A DNA stretch of 24,542 bases from Chitinophagaceae bacterium (GTDB lineage Bacteria > Bacteroidota > Bacteroidia > Chitinophagales > Chitinophagaceae). Below the pieces are notes generated by a model. The model ran no database searches and was not told where the DNA came from. It saw nothing but the letters and a program-made list of their open reading frames with translations. Below, piece by piece: positions 1-7,618 of this stretch (the first letter of the stretch is position 1; each line of letters opens with the position of its first letter). The stretch spans positions 1 to 24,542 of the forward strand of contig JADYYU010000133.1 in NCBI GenBank assembly GCA_020853515.1, in the 5' to 3' direction. Position numbers and translations under genes: made by a program.

Positions 1-1014
1 AAAGAAGCAAATGAAATATTAAAGCAGATCAAGGAGGGTAAAACGAAAGCGGTGTACTTTTTTGACGGTGAGGAGGCCTATTACACCGATCTGCTGGTAG
101 AGGCATTTGAAAGCAATATACTGCAAGACCATGAGAAAGATTTCAACCTGAAAGTGTTTTTTGGTAAAGATGCTCATTGGAATGATATTGTAAATGAATG
201 CAGAAGTTTCCCTGTATTTGCAGCCAGAAGAATCGTCATACTAAAAGAAGCCGCTCAGCTCACAGATCTGGAAATGCTGGAGGCCTATATAAAAAATCCG
301 GCGGAAAGCTCACTCCTGATCATAGCCCATAAATACAAAAAAGCCGATGGCAGAAGTTCGCTCGTCAAGTACCTCAAGTCAAAGGATGCCAGGGAGCAAG
401 TCGAATATGTGTCTTTTGATAAACTCCGCGACAATCAAATCGCTGACTGGATATTGCAATATTGTCTGAAGCACAGTATTAAAATAAACGCAGTAAATGC
501 AGATTTACTGGCGGCCTACCTTGGCACTGATCTGCAAAAAATTGTGAATGAACTGGAGAAAGTAAGTATCAATATTCAACCCGGGGAAGAAATTACAGAA
601 GAGCTGATTGAAAAATATATCGGTATCAGCAAAGATTATAATGTGTTTCAGTTTCCAAAAGCCATTATTGAAAAGAATGCAAATATGGCGTTTAAAATTG
701 TGCAGTATTATATGGCCAACCCAAAGGAAGCCCCGTTGGTGGTGGTGACTGCGATGTTGTATAATGAGTTTAGCAAATTATATAAATACCATTACGCAAA
801 AAACCTGCCTCAGGCTGAAATGGCTAAGGCGGTGGGCATTGCACCCTTTTTTATCAAAGATTATCAGCGCGCATCGCAAACATATAATCTGGCACAGACC
901 ATACAGGCCATCGATATCATACATCAGTACAATTTGTATGCAGTGGGCGTCAATATCGCTGGTAATAACATGAGTTTACTGAAAGAGCTCTCCTTCAAAT
1001 TACTAACACTTTAA
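1..1014 (+). CDS. holA: DNA polymerase III subunit delta (5'-truncated by the window edge)
   Basis: Frame 1 is open from base 1 (KEANEILKQIKEGKTKAVYFFDGEEAYY), so the GTG at 52 is internal. The N-terminal YFFxGEExY motif, SFPVFAARRIVILKEA, YLGTDLQKIVNELEK and YIGISKDYNVF are typical of Bacteroidota HolA. Confidence 0.93.
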   Translation, partial: KEANEILKQIKEGKTKAVYFFDGEEAYYTDLLVEAFESNILQDHEKDFNLKVFFGKDAHWNDIVNECRSFPVFAARRIVILKEAAQLTDLEMLEAYIKNPAESSLLIIAHKYKKADGRSSLVKYLKSKDAREQVEYVSFDKLRDNQIADWILQYCLKHSIKINAVNADLLAAYLGTDLQKIVNELEKVSINIQPGEEITEELIEKYIGISKDYNVFQFPKAIIEKNANMAFKIVQYYMANPKEAPLVVVTAMLYNEFSKLYKYHYAKNLPQAEMAKAVGIAPFFIKDYQRASQTYNLAQTIQAIDIIHQYNLYAVGVNIAGNNMSLLKELSFKLLTL

Positions 1015-1023
1015 TCTATCATC

Positions 1024-1509
1024 ATGAGAAAAATAATCCTGGTGGCCATTTTGTTTTTTTGCTTGCCACAAATCATTTTTGCCACAAAAAAAAGAAAAAC
1101 AGCAACACGTGAATTGATCACCTGTCAGAACGCTTTTTTTTCTCTTGTACAAAATAATATCAGAACGGTCGGTGAAATTTACGAACTGAGTATAACAGTA
1201 AATGCCCATGATGTGACTATTGATTCTGTTTGGTTTGGGGCCACACCGGTACCTTGCGATGTTTATGAAACCAAAGCCCTACAGAGGGTGGCGTCGCCTG
1301 TTTTAATAGGGAAATACCTGGTAAAGGCTAACCGGGATTTATACCGGAATTTTTATCGTAACATAGATTCTACATTTGCTTACAATCATTTTACGGCACC
1401 GTTCCCATTTAAGGGCACGCTGGTGATCATGTTTACCTACAAGGGAAAACGGTATTATAAAACAATTACCAACGTAGAAGAGCGTGCGCAAAAAAGGATG
1501 CGCGATTAG
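1024..1509 (+). CDS. Hypothetical secreted/periplasmic protein (161 aa)
   Basis: ATG 9 bp after the holA stop. Signal-peptide-like N-terminus (MRKIILVAILFFCLPQIIFA) and a beta-rich body. No family recognised. The stop overlaps the convergent TonB gene by 4 bp. Confidence 0.8.
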   Translation: MRKIILVAILFFCLPQIIFATKKRKTATRELITCQNAFFSLVQNNIRTVGEIYELSITVNAHDVTIDSVWFGATPVPCDVYETKALQRVASPVLIGKYLVKANRDLYRNFYRNIDSTFAYNHFTAPFPFKGTLVIMFTYKGKRYYKTITNVEERAQKRMRD

Positions 1510-1949
1510 TCAGCCAGTTCGTAGGTCACCGGTAAGGTGAAAAATACCTTTACCGCTTTGCCGTTTTGATAACCCGGCTTCCAATCCGGCATTAAGGCCA
1601 CTACACGCAATGCTTCTTTTTCGAGATCTCTGCGTGCAAATGAGTCATTTACCTTTTTAAATTTTTCGTCTGTTGTAAAATCAGAGCGTAAAATTTTATA
1701 GCGGGTTACTTTTCCGTGCTCGTCGGTCACAAACTTGACACGCACTACGCCCTGTAAATTTATATTGAGTGCTGATTCCGGATACTTTAAATTTTTAACT
1801 AAAAAAGCCATCAATGAATCCGGTCCTCCCGGAAATTCGGGCATCTGTTCTGTTTTGTCAAAAATCTCTACCTTAATCGTTTGATTTTGTGCATAAGAAA
1901 ATAACAGCGGGCCTGTCAGAAAAAATAGTATAAATGCAGCGGTTTTCAT
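1506..1949 (-). CDS. Energy transducer TonB family protein (TonB C-terminal domain only)
   Basis: EQMPEFPGG...LKYP...QGVVRVKFV...G.V...EALRVV..MPDWKPG.QNGKAVKV.FTLPV is the TonB_C signature. I prefer the ATG at 1949 (MKTAAFILFF, signal peptide, 10 bp after the DUF1569 stop) to the TTG at 1970. Confidence 0.9.
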   Translation of the reverse strand: MKTAAFILFFLTGPLLFSYAQNQTIKVEIFDKTEQMPEFPGGPDSLMAFLVKNLKYPESALNINLQGVVRVKFVTDEHGKVTRYKILRSDFTTDEKFKKVNDSFARRDLEKEALRVVALMPDWKPGYQNGKAVKVFFTLPVTYELAD

Positions 1950-1959
1950 ATCAGAGGGA

Positions 1960-2412
1960 TTATTTTGCAAATTGACTTAAATGATGATCTAAATGTTTGT
2001 ACTGGCTTTTACCCCATTCTTCTTTGGTGAGTTTGCCGAAAAAAGGATGTTTAAAATCCGCAACAATATCCTGCTTTTCAACAAATCGGCGGACGGTGTT
2101 TGTTAATTGTTGCTGTGCGGCACTAAATTCAAACGTGTCCGCTGTGGTTACAAAGGTAGGATCGGTAGGCAAATTCTGTTTAAAGGGTTTTTCGCTTAAG
2201 ACGGTCTTTTTGACCAGTTTGCCTAACAAGGCCATTAAAAATCCGGCAGGCTTTGCCTGAGCTTCGCCCATGGCCAATGCCAGTGGACGTACACAGTGAG
2301 CCAGCATTTGCGCTGCATTCATTTTACCCCATAAGGGAGTATCTGTATTTTGCAGTGAACCGATCCGCTGCAGGATTTCTTCTTTAACCTCCGGTGAAAA
2401 TATGTTTTTCAT
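1960..2412 (-). CDS. DUF1569 / DinB-YfiT superfamily protein
   Basis: RIxxL...PxWGKMxxxQMLAHC and HPFFGKLTKEEWG...KHLDHHLSQF are characteristic, with His residues in the DinB metal-binding pattern. Confidence 0.88.
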   Translation of the reverse strand: MKNIFSPEVKEEILQRIGSLQNTDTPLWGKMNAAQMLAHCVRPLALAMGEAQAKPAGFLMALLGKLVKKTVLSEKPFKQNLPTDPTFVTTADTFEFSAAQQQLTNTVRRFVEKQDIVADFKHPFFGKLTKEEWGKSQYKHLDHHLSQFAK

Positions 2413-2450
2413 AACTTCTTTTTATCGCTTATTTGTGAATGAGTTGAGTG

Positions 2451-2458
2451 CAAATGTA
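2451..2458 (-). promoter_or_regulatory. Bacteroidota sigma-A -7 element for the DUF1569-TonB unit
   Basis: The minus strand reads TACATTTG(CA), an exact TAnnTTTG, 38 bp upstream of the ATG at 2412. No clear -33 box. Confidence 0.65.
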
Positions 2459-2468
2459 CATAAAAGCT

Positions 2469-2476
2469 TAATTTTG
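2469..2476 (+). promoter_or_regulatory. Bacteroidota sigma-A -7 element for the iscA-PH unit
   Basis: TAATTTTG(C), an exact TAnnTTTG, 23 bp upstream of the ATG at 2500, followed by an A-rich initiation region. Confidence 0.65.
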
Positions 2477-2499
2477 CTTTAGTTTAAAAAAACAACAAA

Positions 2500-2847
2500 A
2501 TGGAAACTGCCGTAGAAAACAGCATTTTTATCAGCGATAAAGCAAAAGCAAAAGTAGAACAGCTTATTCACGACTCACAATTGGACGATACCTATTTCTT
2601 AAGGGTGAGCGTAGTGGGCGGCGGATGCAGCGGACTGAGTTACAAACTTGATTTCGACAATGAGGAAAAACCAATGGATCAATCTTTTGAAGACAAAGGC
2701 ATCAAAATTGTCACTGATCTCAAAAGTTTTTTATATCTGGTGAATACCGAACTTGACTTTAGTGATGGACTCAATGGAAAAGGTTTCAATTTTGTGAATC
2801 CCAATGCCAGCAGAAGTTGCGGCTGTGGAGATAGTTTTGCCGTGTAA
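2500..2847 (+). CDS. iscA: Iron-sulfur cluster assembly accessory protein (HesB/IscA family A-type carrier)
   Basis: LRVSVVGGGCSGLSY and NPNASRSCGCGDSF supply the three conserved Cys ligands. The IscA/SufA/ErpA subfamily cannot be resolved from sequence alone. Confidence 0.93.
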   Translation: METAVENSIFISDKAKAKVEQLIHDSQLDDTYFLRVSVVGGGCSGLSYKLDFDNEEKPMDQSFEDKGIKIVTDLKSFLYLVNTELDFSDGLNGKGFNFVNPNASRSCGCGDSFAV

Positions 2848-2865
2848 ATTTTTCAACTGTTTTGT

Positions 2866-3348
2866 ATGCAATTTAAAGCTTCTTTGGATGCGCTCAGCAA
2901 AGGGATTACCCTGGCCATCACTTTACTTACTTTTGTATTAATAATTTTTATCCTGATCGTTTTAAAAAATGACAGGATCCTGATACTGTTGCCGGTGGGT
3001 ATTTTAAGCTTAACCTTAGCAGGTACTTTCCTTTTTTCACCACAGGCCTATGAAATTACCAATGATCACATTGAAATCAGCAGAAAAATCAATATTTTCA
3101 GGATACCGCGTGCTGAAATTATTTCTATCGAAAAATTGTCTGAAGAGGATATGGGCCGGGCATGGCGTATGATGGGAAATGGCGGCATGTTTGGCTATAC
3201 AGGATGGTTCAGATCTGCTAAACAGGGCAAAATGCGTTGGTTTGTGACGCAAAGGAAAAACTATATTTCAATTGTACTTGCTGATCAGCGGAAATACATT
3301 TTGAGTCCTGATGACCCGACCGGATTTATGCAGGCTATTCAATGGTAA
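2866..3348 (+). CDS. Membrane protein with bacterial PH domain (bPH_5-like)
   Basis: Two N-terminal hydrophobic segments, then YEIT...I.I.R, I..AEI.SI and R..GNGGMFGYTGWF, typical of Bacteroidota PH-domain proteins. The stop overlaps the convergent gene by 14 bp. Confidence 0.8.
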   Translation: MQFKASLDALSKGITLAITLLTFVLIIFILIVLKNDRILILLPVGILSLTLAGTFLFSPQAYEITNDHIEISRKINIFRIPRAEIISIEKLSEEDMGRAWRMMGNGGMFGYTGWFRSAKQGKMRWFVTQRKNYISIVLADQRKYILSPDDPTGFMQAIQW

Positions 3349-5200
3349 ATTTATGCGAATCTATCAGCATTCCGTCCGCGGTACTGATTTTAAATATATA
3401 ATTCCCTGCGGCCAGTTTACCTGTTTCAAACGAAAATTCATTGAACCCTTTTTTGACATAAGTATCCAGCATCAGCGCGATTCTCTTTCCTTGCAGATCC
3501 AGAATTTCAAACCTTAAATGACGGGCATCTTCGTTATTAAACCGGGTGGTAAACCGCTGCTGTGTTACCGGATTTGGATAAACGCCAGCCTCAGCCTCTT
3601 TGTTTACTTCAGTAACAGCAAGCGGCCATTCTGTATTATCAACAATGGCAATCCATGTAGCATTGGCATTGCCCTTTCCAAACGAACCAGCCAGGTAAGC
3701 CCGCGACGGGTTATTATATTTTCTTTGTATGTTGGTGTAATCACCCCAGCGGTCAACACTGTCGGGAATCATGTTAATGAGCGACAGGCCATCTTTGGCA
3801 CTCACAACATCAGAATAATTTCCCAGTGCATCTTTGTATAAAATGCTGGTACCCGCAAAACTATCGGTAATGCAATGCGAAAAAGTGTATAATATTTTAT
3901 GGTCGTTGACACTGCCCGTCATCGTCATCGAAGGGTAACCATACTCAACGGTTTGTGTAGAAAAAATGTCTGCAGATACTACCGGACCCGCGGTGCTGAT
4001 ATTTTTGATCGTGCCCAGGTACACACCGGCATTCATGTATTGCGGATTTACGGTATTGGAGCCAAAATGCACATAATCGTTTTCGTAGATGGCCGCCAGC
4101 ACACGGGCATCATTGGTCATGAGATAATTATTTGACGGACCTACTTTTTTCTGCCGTGCGTTGGGGGGAAATCCATAACTGACTGGTGTTGTAAGTAGTT
4201 TGATACTCAGATCGGCATTGCCGGATATATAATTGTCGTCGATTTCTGTCACAAAAATACTGTCGTTGCTGCTGGCTACATTTCTTAACGTTAAAAAGTA
4301 CATTTTGTTTCCAAAAGGCTGAACCTGATATTTGGCCGGACAAATATTCCTCAATGGGGCTCCATTATAATTAATACTGTCCCAAAGATTATATTGCAGC
4401 GGGTTGCCGGCATAACCATCGGCTTTATTGATCTGCCAGATCACCGATTGTTTAAAGCCAATGGTCCAGCTAACATTATCTTTTACCTGATTAAAGGTCA
4501 TGATCAGATCTTTATCCGATACCGCAATGATGGGGTAATCGCTCCAGGTTGAATCGTTGAATGAATTTCCATTCAGGGTGTACACATTCCAGTTTGCAGC
4601 AGGATCATTTGTTTGTGAAAATCCTACCAGTATTTTTGATTCATTGCTTAAGCTGCCCGAAAAACAAACCAGTACAAAGCGGTCCGTTTCAGGATCGTAT
4701 AATAATCGCGGATCTGATATCCAGGCAAAGTTGCCGACGGCAGCAAACACACTGGTCAGCGATTTGGTGGTAATGAGTAAACCGGTATCATTATAGATCC
4801 GTATGTTTGAATTAACGGCACTGATTACTTTGCCTTCGTTCGAAACGGCTATATCATTGTCATTCGGTGTACCGTTGGCTACATTGGCCTGCCACCCTTT
4901 AACGATGGTGGGGTTGGCTGCCAGGCCCCTGGTTTTTTTATCGGGATGCTTCTTCTGCAATTCGGCTTCTTTCAATATCCGTAGCCTGTTGAGTTCTTCT
5001 TTTTTATTGGCATAGGCCGCGGTGGGCAAGGGATGCTGATCGAGATAGAGCAGGTTGGGCTCGAAATCTACAATCCCATTGTGGGTAAAGTGAATTGTTT
5101 GGGCGGGCGACGAGACTCCTGAAGTCTTACGGGCCTGAGCAACGGAAACCAGTACTGCCCCTATACAATAGGCAGTCAGGATAAATGATTTAAATTTCAT
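3335..5200 (-). CDS. T9SS type A sorting domain-containing secreted protein of unknown function (621 aa)
   Basis: N-terminal signal peptide. C-terminal domain with VYPNP...DLQGK...GNYIFKI...KF. The core has PNDNDIAVS, SDPRLLYD, SQTNDPAANW and WSDYP motifs, and is beta-rich and possibly a propeller. Confidence 0.9.
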   Translation of the reverse strand: MKFKSFILTAYCIGAVLVSVAQARKTSGVSSPAQTIHFTHNGIVDFEPNLLYLDQHPLPTAAYANKKEELNRLRILKEAELQKKHPDKKTRGLAANPTIVKGWQANVANGTPNDNDIAVSNEGKVISAVNSNIRIYNDTGLLITTKSLTSVFAAVGNFAWISDPRLLYDPETDRFVLVCFSGSLSNESKILVGFSQTNDPAANWNVYTLNGNSFNDSTWSDYPIIAVSDKDLIMTFNQVKDNVSWTIGFKQSVIWQINKADGYAGNPLQYNLWDSINYNGAPLRNICPAKYQVQPFGNKMYFLTLRNVASSNDSIFVTEIDDNYISGNADLSIKLLTTPVSYGFPPNARQKKVGPSNNYLMTNDARVLAAIYENDYVHFGSNTVNPQYMNAGVYLGTIKNISTAGPVVSADIFSTQTVEYGYPSMTMTGSVNDHKILYTFSHCITDSFAGTSILYKDALGNYSDVVSAKDGLSLINMIPDSVDRWGDYTNIQRKYNNPSRAYLAGSFGKGNANATWIAIVDNTEWPLAVTEVNKEAEAGVYPNPVTQQRFTTRFNNEDARHLRFEILDLQGKRIALMLDTYVKKGFNEFSFETGKLAAGNYIFKISTADGMLIDSHKFTIE

Positions 5201-5262
5201 GCTTCATCATTTAAATGAGGCACTAAGGTACAAAAAATCTGTGAGTTTCAAGCTGCGAGGTA

Positions 5263-6252
5263 TTAATGACTGCTCATATTCAAAAAGCGTCTTATGGCCT
5301 CCTCGCCGCTTTGCAGCAATGCATTTTTGTCTGAGGGTGAAAGTTTCTTTAAGCGTGGACCAATATTTTTTGAAGAAACAGAGACGGTGCGCTTCCAGTC
5401 ATCATCTGTCAAGGTATTTCTGTTGGGAGTTTCGAGCAGCAAAGTATAGAAGGCGGCGGCATAATCTTTAAATTTTTTGATGGGATAAGTCACCAGGTTC
5501 TTGTCTTTTTTGTCTGCTTCAATTTGTTCATCCGAGTCGATACGGATACCGACCGTTTTCATATTAGCTACTCTCGTATGATTGATGATGGTATCAAAAA
5601 TTTGTATCGGAAAATTGGCAAGGATACCTCCATCTACCATCAGATCGAGATCCTCAGCACCTTTTGAAAACACTTTTCCTGTTTTGTCTATCCATACTGC
5701 TTCAAAATATAGCGGTATTGACATAGAAATGCGAATTGCGTCTTTGACCTTCATATCAGGATAGCTAAGTCTTGAAAATACAATGAGTTTTTGTTTGTTT
5801 AAACACGTACCGGTAATGTAGAGGTCCTTGTATCCCTTTTCATACAATTGCCTGAAAGTGATTTCTGCCATGCCGGTTTTTCTTGCGATCACCTTGCCGA
5901 TCCAGTTGCTGAACCGATTACCCCGGTACCAGCCAAAGTGTTTGCGGAGCCGATGAATACCGCCTGCAAAAAGGTATTTTCCGTCGTTGAATTTTTTAAA
6001 ATTAGTGCGGTAGATCAGGCTGTCAATTTCGGCAGCTTTGTACCCTAGACACAAGGCCAGGGCCGTGATCGCACCTGCAGAAGTACCGCCCACTTTCTGA
6101 AGATCCTTTATCCTGTCTTCTTGCTCCAATACCTTAATAACGCCGCCGTAGGCAATACCACGGATGCCGGCACCTTCAAATACCATGTTCTGGATCTGGG
6201 CTGCGCACAAAGAAAAACTACCGGCAAAAAGGAGGGTAATTAAAAATTTCAT
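5263..6252 (-). CDS. Patatin-like phospholipase (ExoU/VipD-like subgroup) with signal peptide
   Basis: VFEGAGIRG (glycine-rich loop), GTSAG (catalytic Ser), SMSIP and VDGG (catalytic Asp). N-terminal signal peptide MKFLITLLFAGSFSLCAAQ. Confidence 0.92.
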   Translation of the reverse strand: MKFLITLLFAGSFSLCAAQIQNMVFEGAGIRGIAYGGVIKVLEQEDRIKDLQKVGGTSAGAITALALCLGYKAAEIDSLIYRTNFKKFNDGKYLFAGGIHRLRKHFGWYRGNRFSNWIGKVIARKTGMAEITFRQLYEKGYKDLYITGTCLNKQKLIVFSRLSYPDMKVKDAIRISMSIPLYFEAVWIDKTGKVFSKGAEDLDLMVDGGILANFPIQIFDTIINHTRVANMKTVGIRIDSDEQIEADKKDKNLVTYPIKKFKDYAAAFYTLLLETPNRNTLTDDDWKRTVSVSSKNIGPRLKKLSPSDKNALLQSGEEAIRRFLNMSSH

Positions 6253-6499
6253 AGCTGTTTATTCAGGACAAAGTAAACGATTAACGGTCATTTTGGAAAT
6301 AATGCAATATAGTATTCAAAAGTCGTTATAAATTTTGAATTGAATACTTGCTATGCGGATATAAAACCAATTCCCTCCAATGTTTACTGAAACAATTGCT
6401 GATATTTATCCGGTATAAAGCACAGAGCAAAAATATAGAACCCAATTTCTGTACTCAACATTCATCCGCTGGGGCGGACAAACATTCAAGATTCATCAT

Positions 6500-6507
6500 T
6501 ATATTTG
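6500..6507 (+). promoter_or_regulatory. Bacteroidota sigma-A -7 element directly before pheS
   Basis: TATATTTG followed by only CGCC before the ATG at 6512. Confidence 0.7.
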
Positions 6508-6511
6508 CGCC

Positions 6512-7558
6512 ATGCAGGAATTAGCAGACAAAATAGATTTGCTCAAGAAAGAAATTGAGAATGTCACCCTTCAGAGTGAAACTGAAATAGAGGAATACCG
6601 AATCCGCTTTTTAGGTTCAAAAGGGCTGGTGAAACAACTGATGAGTGAAATGAAACATGTATCGTCGGATCTGAAAAAAGATTTTGGGGCCCGGCTCAAT
6701 GAGTTTAAGCTGTTTGCTGAATCAAAGTACGAAGATTACAAAAGTTCAAAAGGAACAAGCCAGAATAATGCGGGTAAAAAGCCGAAAGAAAGCAGTGCCG
6801 ATCTGACATTGCCCGGATACCCTGCTGAAGTTGGTTCGCGACATCCGATACAATTGACGATGAATAAAATGATCTCAATTTTTGAAAAAATCGGATTTTC
6901 TGTTGCGGAAGGCCCCGAAATTGAAGATGACTGGCACAATTTTACCGCACTAAATTTACCTGAAGATCATCCGGCCCGTGATATGCAGGATACTTTTTAT
7001 ATCAGCAAAAACCCGGATTGGTTATTGCGAACCCACACCAGCAGCGTACAGGTGCGTGTGATGAAGGAAGGCAAATTGCCGATCCGGCAGATATTTCCGG
7101 GCAGGGTGTACAGAAATGAAACCATCTCTGCAAGGGCACATTGCGTTTTTCATCAGATCGAAGGATTATATATAGATGAAAAAGTATCGTTTGCCGACCT
7201 GAAACAAACCTTGTATTATTTTGTAAAAGAAATGTTTGGAGGGGATGTAAAAGTCCGTTTCCGCCCTTCCTATTTTCCGTTTACTGAGCCCAGTGCAGAA
7301 ATGGATGTGAGTTGTTTTATTTGTGACAGCAAGGGCTGCAATGTTTGCAAACATACAGGCTGGGTTGAAATACTGGGCTGTGGTATGGTGCACCCGAATG
7401 TGCTGAGCAATTGCGGGATTGATGCCGAAAAATACACAGGTTTTGCATGGGGCATGGGCGTTGAGCGCACCACCATGATGCAGTACGGAATCAAAGATAT
7501 CCGCTTGCTGTCTGAAAATGATACCCGTTTTCTGGCGCAGTTTAAAAGCGTGGTATAG
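6512..7558 (+). CDS. pheS: Phenylalanine--tRNA ligase alpha subunit
   Basis: GSRHP, HNFTALNLPEDHPARDMQDTF, LRTHTSSVQVR, GRVYRNE, FHQIEG, RFRPSYFPFTEPS, CFICDSKGCNVCK (Zn-knuckle type insert), WVEILGCGMV and GFAWGMGVER. Confidence 0.99.
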   Translation: MQELADKIDLLKKEIENVTLQSETEIEEYRIRFLGSKGLVKQLMSEMKHVSSDLKKDFGARLNEFKLFAESKYEDYKSSKGTSQNNAGKKPKESSADLTLPGYPAEVGSRHPIQLTMNKMISIFEKIGFSVAEGPEIEDDWHNFTALNLPEDHPARDMQDTFYISKNPDWLLRTHTSSVQVRVMKEGKLPIRQIFPGRVYRNETISARAHCVFHQIEGLYIDEKVSFADLKQTLYYFVKEMFGGDVKVRFRPSYFPFTEPSAEMDVSCFICDSKGCNVCKHTGWVEILGCGMVHPNVLSNCGIDAEKYTGFAWGMGVERTTMMQYGIKDIRLLSENDTRFLAQFKSVV

Positions 7559-7618
7559 GGCGCACTTTTTATACCTTACCTATTTCGAAATTTTGAAAAT
7601 TTAAACATCAGCTCAATC

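Noticed and set aside
52-54. GTG at 52 as the holA start
   Set aside because: The frame is open to base 1 with HolA-like residues, so the true start lies outside the window.
5263-6252. Patatin as a CBASS/CapV-type anti-phage effector
   Set aside because: There is no CD-NTase or other defence gene nearby, and the protein has a signal peptide and an ExoU/VipD-type VFEG motif.
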